The notes under the pieces were generated by a model. The model ran no database searches, had not been told where the DNA came from, and saw only the letters and a program-made list of their open reading frames with translations. Positions 46,760-54,132 of a stretch of 56,468 bases of DNA are shown here, piece by piece. Both the position numbers and the translations under genes were made by a program. Where the stretch lies: the IMG/VR virus record IMGVR_UViG_3300032050_000168, positions 1 through 56,468 of that record, one strand, 5' to 3'. The DNA comes from a virus (lineage: Duplodnaviria; Caudoviricetes). Every line of letters begins with the position of its first letter. Within the stretch, counting starts at the first letter, position 1.

Positions 46760-48634
46760 TTAACCTTCTAATTTTTCATCACTTAGAATATTTTCGGAGA
46801 TCATTTGTCTGTATTTACTCACTCCTTTTTTCTGTAGTACGTCCAAAAATGTCTTAGTTTCAGCAGAAAGTGTTCTTTTCATGGCTTTTTTATTTTCTTT
46901 ATGTCCCAATGGATCACGTCCCAACGGATGTTTGTCGGTTCCAAACTTTAATCCTTCACGGGGACGACCTCCTTTGTTTTTCATCAACATTTCTTCCAAT
47001 TCAGATTCATCATCTTCCATATCTTCTAGACTAGAAAGGATTTGATCTACGTCATCAATTTGTTGTTCTCCGTCTCCTTCTGGCGGTTGTTCTTCAGACG
47101 GAGTTTCTTCGGGAGGAAGTTCAGCTCCTTCCGGTGGCATTCCTCCGTCCATTCCAGGTTGCCCCGGCATTGGAGGTTGCATTGCCGCCTGTTGTTCCTG
47201 TTGACGTTTCATGTCTTCCATGATCTTTTCACGTTCCTTCACAATTTCTTCATCGGACATTTCCAGGATATTATTATATACCCAGTCTTGTGAGAGAAGA
47301 ACTGCTTGACCACCGGTCATATCCTTGGCAAGAGCAAACTTTTCTTTCCAGATATTAATCTTTTCTTGTTCGTACAGCGTGGATGGATTGGTCAACGATA
47401 ATTCAAAATTGATGAGTTTTTCGTCCGTGAACCCTTGAACATATAGATGGATAATAGCAATCTTCGTGAGTTCCGAAATCATAATCCGTTGGATACGTTC
47501 AATCGTACGAGCAAAACGAACATCTTGTGCCGCTAACGTTGCTTTACCGTTAATATCTTCTTCGTATCCAATAAATGACTTCGGTACTTTGAATGCAGCA
47601 AGGAGTTTCTTACGGAGATATTCAATATCTTCAATAGCATTAAATTGCAGACCTTGCATGGTTTCAATTTCTGTCCCACTGTCCTTACCACGTACCGGGA
47701 GGTAGAAATCTTCCGTAATATTCATCATGTTATAACGGAGATTGTAATCGCCCGTCTTTGGATCCACTAACGGAATCTTCTTCATTCGGTCAATAATCCG
47801 TTGCATGTAAGTTTCCACTTCAGCGGGTGGAATATTTCCGATATCAATCTTGAACTTCCGTTTGTCTGGTGCTCTCATGATACGATGAATTAACATTGCA
47901 TCTTCCATGAGTTGAAGTTGTTTCCATACACGACGACCGCCTTCAATCATTGCTTTGCCATATGGAAGGAAGTTAGTATCGGCTAATAAACGGAAATGGG
48001 CAATTTCATAATTATCAAATTCTGTTTTTCCGAGAGCTAAGAAATCATTTTGAATAGTAAATCTAACGGAAAAAGGATTACCAGGTTCTTCACCTTCTAC
48101 ACGAATCGTTTCATACACGGAGAGTGGAATGGCGTTCACAATTCCGTATTCTGGATCAATGTCCAAGTACAAGAAGAAATCCCCATACTTTGCCATGTTA
48201 CGAATCCACGGCCAAAGATTGAACTCGACGTTCAGAATATCGTAAAATAGGTTATGAAGAATTTCTTGAATTTGTGTGTCGTCGGTTTTAATTGTCAAAA
48301 TACGACTAAATTCGTCCTTTACCGTACTTTCGTCTGCGTAAATATCTAAGATAGAGGCGACAATAGGATCATTATCCATCATGTCATAATCACGGAACAG
48401 TTGAAGTCTAGCCCCTTGAAACGCCGCAGCTGCTTCATAACGACCGTGGTGTGACCCATACCCGCCAGTGCCTGACTGGTATACACGATGATATCGGTCT
48501 ACACCACGACGATTGACAAATGATTGGATTTGATCAGTATCGGCAATTCTTAATTTTTTTCCTCCAACGTTTCTTACAATGGTGTTAGTAGAAAAAAGTT
48601 TTTTAAGTCTTCCGAAAACACTAGTGTCTGCCAT
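46760..48634 (-). CDS. portal protein (T4 gp20-like)
   Basis: Y..MD.DP....LDIYADE, QLQLMEDAMLIHRIMRAP.KR.FKIDIGN, EDFYLPVRG...GTEIET, KVPKSF; long acidic C-terminal tail. Confidence 0.95.
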   Translation of the reverse strand: MADTSVFGRLKKLFSTNTIVRNVGGKKLRIADTDQIQSFVNRRGVDRYHRVYQSGTGGYGSHHGRYEAAAAFQGARLQLFRDYDMMDNDPIVASILDIYADESTVKDEFSRILTIKTDDTQIQEILHNLFYDILNVEFNLWPWIRNMAKYGDFFLYLDIDPEYGIVNAIPLSVYETIRVEGEEPGNPFSVRFTIQNDFLALGKTEFDNYEIAHFRLLADTNFLPYGKAMIEGGRRVWKQLQLMEDAMLIHRIMRAPDKRKFKIDIGNIPPAEVETYMQRIIDRMKKIPLVDPKTGDYNLRYNMMNITEDFYLPVRGKDSGTEIETMQGLQFNAIEDIEYLRKKLLAAFKVPKSFIGYEEDINGKATLAAQDVRFARTIERIQRIMISELTKIAIIHLYVQGFTDEKLINFELSLTNPSTLYEQEKINIWKEKFALAKDMTGGQAVLLSQDWVYNNILEMSDEEIVKEREKIMEDMKRQQEQQAAMQPPMPGQPGMDGGMPPEGAELPPEETPSEEQPPEGDGEQQIDDVDQILSSLEDMEDDESELEEMLMKNKGGRPREGLKFGTDKHPLGRDPLGHKENKKAMKRTLSAETKTFLDVLQKKGVSKYRQMISENILSDEKLEG

Positions 48635-48644
48635 AAAACCTCAC

Positions 48645-48980
48645 TTAATATGTTAATACTTCGTCAAGTGCTTTTACTACAGTCGCCGAATCAATTTTTT
48701 TATCTTCACATACTTTGACTACTTCTTCTTTTAATTCAGTGACTTTTGCCTTAAATGCTGCAGCTAAAATGGTCCATTCAACTAAACTACTCTCTGTTCT
48801 AATATAGGGGATGGTATTCATTTGGGAAGCCATCATATGAACTTCTGTGCACAATTCCATAAGTTTTTTTGATTGGGTATCTGTTAGTTCTGGGTACAAT
48901 TTTTCCATGATGGCTTGAATTTTCATCAAGTTGACCCGACGTTCTGCGTTTTCCATCAATAAATCGGTAAGACGAATCAT
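48645..48980 (-). CDS. putative internal head protein (MIRLTDLLME N-terminus)
   Basis: Start reassigned to ATG 48980; capsid-targeting-like leader. Confidence 0.65.
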   Translation of the reverse strand: MIRLTDLLMENAERRVNLMKIQAIMEKLYPELTDTQSKKLMELCTEVHMMASQMNTIPYIRTESSLVEWTILAAAFKAKVTELKEEVVKVCEDKKIDSATVVKALDEVLTY

Positions 48981-48981
48981 T

Positions 48982-49260
48982 TTATTTCTCCACATATTGT
49001 TTCAACTTTGTATAATAATCAGGAACCTCTCGGAGATGTGCGGCGGAAATCATCGCAGTTTTGATTAAACTCCCGTCCGTCACATCTTGGTGTTCCAGTT
49101 CTACATTCATACCCAAAACAAATTGGTTGAAGTCAAAATCATATCCCATATAATCATAGATACGTTTTGCTTCATCCGTACTAATATAAGTATCCCCACT
49201 CACATACGGAGTGTCTTTTTTGGTATCGGCCTCGGTCAATAAATCACGAAGTAAAATCAT
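48982..49260 (-). CDS. DUF5661-like small protein, copy 2
   Basis: MILLRDLLTEA; GMNVELEH.......AMI.AAHLRE.PDYYTKL. Confidence 0.75.
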   Translation of the reverse strand: MILLRDLLTEADTKKDTPYVSGDTYISTDEAKRIYDYMGYDFDFNQFVLGMNVELEHQDVTDGSLIKTAMISAAHLREVPDYYTKLKQYVEK

Positions 49261-49261
49261 G

Positions 49262-50008
49262 TTAGAACGATGAACCCCCGCCGCCGCCACTGAACCCGCC
49301 TCCGCCGCCGAATCCGCTACCTCCAGAACTTGACGCTCGGGAACCTTTACGGCCCCGGCGCGTACCTAAAACAAATGCGGTAACTAAATCTCTTAAAAAA
49401 GATTTTATCTTACCTTTATCATTGGTACCAGTTTCAGCTGACTTTAGTTTATCAAGCGTAGGTTTTAGTTCCTTTGATAATTTTTTCATAGAACCATCAT
49501 AATCTTTTACAAAATCATATCCTTTCAATGATTTCCCGTTTGCAAATGCGGCTGCAAATGTGTCGTGTGAAAATGATGCTAATTTTCCATCTGGATTTCT
49601 GGCCACGTATGGATTACCCGCTCCTTTTTCATATGTCACTTCGCCAGGAGGAAGTTTTCTATGTTTTATCTCTCGTTCAGAACCCATCACGGGGCCAATT
49701 GCTCTAATTGCTCTACTTGCGTAATTGTACTGACGTAATTCATCGTCAGTAGTAGATAATTTTGGTTTCCAGTTTTTCCATGCACCCGGACGTTTTTCGT
49801 TAGGTAAACCTTCAATGTCTCTAGTTGGTTGGTCTACTTCAGGGTCAAGTTCATCCTTTGGGACATCCACTAGTTTACCATCCACACTTTTGGCTACAAG
49901 TTTACCAGAAGCATCAGCGTAACGTCCCCAACCTATATGGTGAAGATTACGTTTTTTGGCTTCTTCACCCACGTCTTCCGATAGTAATAACGATGTTAAA
50001 TTTACCAT
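49262..50008 (-). CDS. putative internal head protein (variable B' allele)
   Basis: MVNLTSLLLSE..EEAKKRNL.HIGWGRY.D..GK; Gly-rich C-terminus. Confidence 0.65.
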   Translation of the reverse strand: MVNLTSLLLSEDVGEEAKKRNLHHIGWGRYADASGKLVAKSVDGKLVDVPKDELDPEVDQPTRDIEGLPNEKRPGAWKNWKPKLSTTDDELRQYNYASRAIRAIGPVMGSEREIKHRKLPPGEVTYEKGAGNPYVARNPDGKLASFSHDTFAAAFANGKSLKGYDFVKDYDGSMKKLSKELKPTLDKLKSAETGTNDKGKIKSFLRDLVTAFVLGTRRGRKGSRASSSGGSGFGGGGGFSGGGGGSSF

Positions 50009-50178
50009 TTTCTGCAACTCCAATAACGAGCTTTTGTGCGTGGACCAGGGTTTGCACAATTATGACGTGCTCTAAATGACTTCCGACGAGCTGGATTAGA
50101 CTTTTTAATTCTCATATTCGGATCACCAAAATTGACTTTCTTGACATTTCCCGACGATGGATCTTTTAGACGAATCAT
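50002..50178 (-). CDS. 58-aa fusion ORF not in the ORF track: MIRL plus the C-terminal domain of 51304..51726
   Basis: MIRLKDPSSGNVKKVNFGDPNMRIKKSNPARRKSFRARHNCANPGPRTKARYWSCRKW*; ATGA overlap with the upstream stop, AAGGAG upstream. Confidence 0.75.
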   Translation of the reverse strand: MIRLKDPSSGNVKKVNFGDPNMRIKKSNPARRKSFRARHNCANPGPRTKARYWSCRKW

Positions 50179-50585
50179 TGATCTTTCTCCTTATTGAGAT
50201 GCTTCCGCATCTTTTTGACATCTTTGGGTTTTGGTGCTCCATTAATATAACCGCCGGGAAGACTTAATCCGATTCCTCCCGTTGGAGCACCATCTTCGGA
50301 AACTTTTTGTTTTTCTACGTGTTGTTTTAATTTCGTGTAATAGTCTGGAACTTCCCGTAAATGAGCAGCAGCTATCATTGCTGTTTTTACTAAACTCCCG
50401 TCCGTTACATCTTGGTGTTCTAATTCCGTGTTCATGCCCAAAACAAATTGGTTGAAGTCAAAGTCATATTCCATATAATCATAGATACGCTTTGCTTCTT
50501 CCTTACTAATATAAGTATCCCCACTCATGTAGGGAGTGTCTTTTTTAGTCTCTGCTTCGGTCAATAAATCACGGAGACGTATCAT
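50175..50585 (-). CDS. DUF5661-like small protein, copy 1, with a C-terminal extension
   Basis: MIRLRDLLTEA; near-identical to 48982..49260. Confidence 0.75.
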   Translation of the reverse strand: MIRLRDLLTEAETKKDTPYMSGDTYISKEEAKRIYDYMEYDFDFNQFVLGMNTELEHQDVTDGSLVKTAMIAAAHLREVPDYYTKLKQHVEKQKVSEDGAPTGGIGLSLPGGYINGAPKPKDVKKMRKHLNKEKDQ

Positions 50586-50586
50586 A

Positions 50587-51297
50587 TTATTTTTTAAACC
50601 CCCACACATCCTTATTTTTTAATCTACCCGTGCTTCCCACTTCTACTCTATCTCCACGATTAACAAACAACGTTGATCCCAACTTATATACATCATTGTG
50701 TGCGGAAGAACCAAACTGACCTTTAATTTGACCGATTTTCTTGGCACCCGTAGAATCAATATATTGTTGTAGAGACTTTTGTACTACTTGGGGATCTTTT
50801 TCCTTTGCCGAGTCAAATTGTTGCCACTCACTGTTGGGCTCCACGGTTATCCAATCTTTATGTCGTGCTCCATCACCTCTAGACCAACTTTTAGGACTTG
50901 CTGATTTAACAGTCAATGGGACATATCCCTTGTCAAAGGCATCTTTATTACCTAGTCCTGCCGCAGAAATACTACGATATGTTGCGTTATACATTGATTG
51001 TCCGGCATCTTTTTTAAACGACCCCGGAGATTTTATAGTTGGTTGTTGAGAAGTTGCTGGGGTCTGAACTTTATTCATTGGCGTAGGTGTCGTCGTACCT
51101 GCGGTAGGATTAGTACCTACGGCGTTTGTTTTTGCAGGAGTCAGAACTCCGTTTTGTGTTGTGTGGGTAACTTTACCGTCCTTGCCCCAACGACCAAATT
51201 TCATGTAGGTCAATCCCATAGCTTTTGCTTTTTTGGCCGTTTCTGATTCTTCGTCAAGAATTTCTTGTATAAGTTGTGTTAGTGTTAGATCATTCAT
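50587..51297 (-). CDS. putative internal head protein (variable B allele)
   Basis: LTQLIQEILDEESETAKKAKAMGL.YMKFGRWGKDGK. Confidence 0.65.
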   Translation of the reverse strand: MNDLTLTQLIQEILDEESETAKKAKAMGLTYMKFGRWGKDGKVTHTTQNGVLTPAKTNAVGTNPTAGTTTPTPMNKVQTPATSQQPTIKSPGSFKKDAGQSMYNATYRSISAAGLGNKDAFDKGYVPLTVKSASPKSWSRGDGARHKDWITVEPNSEWQQFDSAKEKDPQVVQKSLQQYIDSTGAKKIGQIKGQFGSSAHNDVYKLGSTLFVNRGDRVEVGSTGRLKNKDVWGFKK

Positions 51298-51303
51298 AGT
51301 AGT

Positions 51304-51726
51304 TTACCATTTTTTGCACGACCAAAATCTTGCTTTTGTTCGTGGACCAGGATTAGAACAATTGTGACGTGCTCTGAATGACTTGCGACGAGCAGGATTA
51401 GACTTTTTAATTCTCATAGTCTTATCGCCAAAATTAACCTTTTTGACATTGCCTGTCGAGGGGTCTTTGACAAATACTTTGAATTTTTTTACATCGCCGC
51501 GCATTGGTTTACCTAAAGGAACCTTGCGTCCTTGGTATTCGGCTTCTTCTAAGTATCCTGCTTTTTTGTTTTCTAAGATATACTTGGCAAGACATGCAGG
51601 ACAAAATTCACCGTCATATATACAACTTTCGTCTAAGGGGACACAATTGGGAACCATCTTACCACCCTTTTCTTTCATTCCCACCTGCTTATATCCTTCC
51701 CAACAAGCTTCATTAATATTATCCAT
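51304..51726 (-). CDS. small basic Cys-containing protein made of mini-domains
   Basis: INEACWEGYKQVGMK.KGGKMVPNCVP, CPAC, EAEYQGRKV.L.KP.RG..KKF.V.VKDP..GNVKKVNFG...RRKSFRARHNC; start at 51726. Confidence 0.75.
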   Translation of the reverse strand: MDNINEACWEGYKQVGMKEKGGKMVPNCVPLDESCIYDGEFCPACLAKYILENKKAGYLEEAEYQGRKVPLGKPMRGDVKKFKVFVKDPSTGNVKKVNFGDKTMRIKKSNPARRKSFRARHNCSNPGPRTKARFWSCKKW

Positions 51727-51730
51727 AGTA

Positions 51731-52054
51731 TTAACTCTTTTTATATGTTGCGACCATCGTAGGTTTCCCGCCAGGATTTCCCGCTTTACGTTTACGAACA
51801 ACTGCTGATCGTTTTTCACCCTTGCTCATTGCTGCCGCTGAACGAGCTGGACGACATTTCGGATATTTCGCAGAACCACCCTTCCGTTCCTTTTTACCCG
51901 CAGATGCGCCACACGGTGGATGCTTCCCACTTTTATCTTTACGAGAAATATCCACCCATTTTTGACGAAGCCATTTGCCCAAGTTACCCTTGGTTTTATA
52001 TTTTTCGTCAAGTTCTTCTACTACGTCTTCCAACAATTCAGTGAGACTAATCAT
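51731..52054 (-). CDS. small basic protein
   Basis: MISLTELLEDVVEELDE; L.KW..QKWVDI......HPPCG......YPKCRP. Confidence 0.75.
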   Translation of the reverse strand: MISLTELLEDVVEELDEKYKTKGNLGKWLRQKWVDISRKDKSGKHPPCGASAGKKERKGGSAKYPKCRPARSAAAMSKGEKRSAVVRKRKAGNPGGKPTMVATYKKS

Positions 52055-52206
52055 ACAGATTTGGATTTTGTTGTGCCCCCACGCTTCCGTTTTTTACGAC
52101 CAGCGCAATGAGCTCGTTGGGAAAACCCTTTGGGACTGCTGCAATTAATGGACTTTTTATATTTCTTTGTCCACTTTTCCAAAATAATATCAACTAATTT
52201 AATCAC
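52051..52206 (-). CDS. 51-aa basic protein not in the ORF track
   Basis: GTG start overlapping the upstream stop: MIKLVDIILEKWTKKYKKSINCSSPKGFSQRAHCAGRKKRKRGGTTKSKSV*; its stop overlaps the next ATG. Confidence 0.75.
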   Translation of the reverse strand: MIKLVDIILEKWTKKYKKSINCSSPKGFSQRAHCAGRKKRKRGGTTKSKSV

Positions 52207-52535
52207 TTCTTTCCTTTCTTCCATCCACCACCCATACTTTTATATTTCTTAGCTGCCCAGAGATTGGCGTAAGCGGAAGGGTACACTTTGAATTTAGCAC
52301 GAGCTGCGGCTTTTGCTTTTGCCCATTTATCAGGACTTGTTGGAACATTCTTTTCTAATAATGCTACCAACTCTTCAATTTTCTTTTTATGTGGGTCGGG
52401 ATTGTGTGTTGAATACGTATCAAAATCTGGTTGGGGGGCACTAAACGTATCACCCGTGTATTCATTGGTAGTTTCTTCGCATCCACATCCTTCATCACAC
52501 CGACAGATATCTTCGTAAAATTCTTTGTATTTCAT
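52203..52535 (-). CDS. small protein with a basic C-terminal domain
   Basis: MKYKEFYED; KWAKAKAAARAKFKVYPSAYAN.WAAKKYKSMGGGW. Confidence 0.75.
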   Translation of the reverse strand: MKYKEFYEDICRCDEGCGCEETTNEYTGDTFSAPQPDFDTYSTHNPDPHKKKIEELVALLEKNVPTSPDKWAKAKAAARAKFKVYPSAYANLWAAKKYKSMGGGWKKGKK

Positions 52536-52536
52536 T

Positions 52537-52899
52537 TTACTTGAGGAATTTAAGTTTATATAATGTACTGGATATCAATCCTGAAATTTCATCTACGGTA
52601 TTATTCAATTCACCGTCTTGTGGAAGAGAACCGCGAATACCGTCCACAAACTTCTGCAAACCGCCAAAATATTTAATTGCCGTGTCGTCTTCAAAAATTT
52701 GACCTTGCATGACGTATCCACGAATAATCCCGTACCGACCTTGTGCCATTTCTGCATACGAATCAATCAAGTCAGTAATTTGACTATAATAATCATCTAA
52801 CGCTTTATGTGCAGCAAATGATGGAGTTTGAAGATGAAAGATGTGTGCCTGAGTCCGACTTGACATCAAAGTGCCAAGAAACTTTGCAATCTGTTCCAT
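52537..52899 (-). CDS. ferritin/Dps-like four-helix-bundle protein (DUF5856-like)
   Basis: H.FHLQT.SFA.HKALD.YY......ID...E..QG.YG; L.N..DEI...I..TLYKL.FL. Confidence 0.8.
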   Translation of the reverse strand: MEQIAKFLGTLMSSRTQAHIFHLQTPSFAAHKALDDYYSQITDLIDSYAEMAQGRYGIIRGYVMQGQIFEDDTAIKYFGGLQKFVDGIRGSLPQDGELNNTVDEISGLISSTLYKLKFLK

Positions 52900-52900
52900 A

Positions 52901-53770
52901 TTATTCGCTCTTGTGGGATTTATATCCCTTGGACTTCATGTAATATGCAAGTGCCCAAGGGTTGTCAATTTCTTTATGTTTTTTCATTGCCTTGACAGTA
53001 CCTTCCCAACCTTCTGGAGCCTTTTCGTTCATTGGTTCTTGTTCCAGTTGATCAGGTTGTGGTTGGTCAGGCGTATTGTACTCGTGATAATTATTTGCTG
53101 CTTGTTGAATGAAATTAGCGGCATTTGTGATATGATCTTGAATCCACGCAGGAATATCTTTTTCTTCTTGTCCTAATTTAGTTTTTAATTCATTAGCACT
53201 TTGAATAATAATATCTAATGAATTGTTTGCCATCGACACTTCATGGTCATTAGATGGCTGTGGATTATCGTCTTCAGTAATCGTTTCGTCAAGATCAGCA
53301 CCCCACAAACCACGTTTGTCTCTTTCATATTCAAACTCGTCATCTGTACCAGGTCTAAAATTATATTTACTGGACTTTCTTGGTGGTGCAAATGTTCGTG
53401 CTGGACGTGCTTGTTGTGGATTCTTGGCACGTGCGTAAATTTGGTCTGCTGCACGACGAGCTGGAGATCCCTTTGGATACGTTTGTGGGCTACCGTAGAT
53501 GGATTTTAATGTTGCTTCATGATCTTTTCCATCTTCGCCCTTCCACTTCACTATCGTTGCCATTAGTTGGTTACGGGCAGAATCTTCGTCAACGTTCTTG
53601 GAAATTGCATCACGACGATTCTTTAAATATTCGTCTGACTTATCCGTATCTCCATCATTATCAACATCACTATCTTCTTTTCCAACCGGATCCAACGCTT
53701 CTTCAATATCTACGGTACTTCGTAATGTTTTTATAGGACGTAAGTCCACTAATCCCATCATTCTAATCAT
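52901..53770 (-). CDS. putative internal head protein composed of several mini-domains
   Basis: EALDPVGKEDSDVDNDGDTDKSDEYL.NRR (DxDxDG), DHEVSMA...WIQDHIT, EKAPEGWEGTVKAMKKH.EIDNPWALA. Confidence 0.7.
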   Translation of the reverse strand: MIRMMGLVDLRPIKTLRSTVDIEEALDPVGKEDSDVDNDGDTDKSDEYLKNRRDAISKNVDEDSARNQLMATIVKWKGEDGKDHEATLKSIYGSPQTYPKGSPARRAADQIYARAKNPQQARPARTFAPPRKSSKYNFRPGTDDEFEYERDKRGLWGADLDETITEDDNPQPSNDHEVSMANNSLDIIIQSANELKTKLGQEEKDIPAWIQDHITNAANFIQQAANNYHEYNTPDQPQPDQLEQEPMNEKAPEGWEGTVKAMKKHKEIDNPWALAYYMKSKGYKSHKSE

Positions 53771-53772
53771 AT

Positions 53773-54063
53773 TTATTCTCCGCCCTTAATGGCGTTATGC
53801 GTTGCGGTTGCCCATAAATAATCTATCCATTCACTACCATATTGCTTTTTAAATTTTGCAACAATTTTTTTATTTTTCTTCATAGCTTTTCCTATCTTGT
53901 CTCTACGAAGAATTTGTGATCTATTCATTCTACGACGATTTTTTCTATCATATGGTTCTGGAACGGATTTTTCGTCAAGTACATGTTCGTTCATAAGACG
54001 TTCTTCGTGCAGTGTCTTATAAATTTCTTCCATAATAATTTCTTCTAATTCACTACGTTTCAT
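53773..54063 (-). CDS. small basic protein (MKRSELEEIIMEEI N-terminus)
   Basis: Start reassigned to ATG 54063 (GGAG SD); RDKIGKAMK......FKKQYG......LWATAT. Confidence 0.7.
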   Translation of the reverse strand: MKRSELEEIIMEEIYKTLHEERLMNEHVLDEKSVPEPYDRKNRRRMNRSQILRRDKIGKAMKKNKKIVAKFKKQYGSEWIDYLWATATHNAIKGGE

Positions 54064-54098
54064 ACAAATCTCCGTAGAGTAGATAAAGTATATCAATA

Positions 54099-54106
54099 TA
54101 TAAATA
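54099..54106 (-). promoter_or_regulatory. putative late promoter motif TATTTATA
   Basis: 36 nt upstream of the ATG at 54063, heading the small-gene cluster. Confidence 0.6.
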
Positions 54107-54132
54107 TAACTCTGTTTCCTAATACTACAAAA

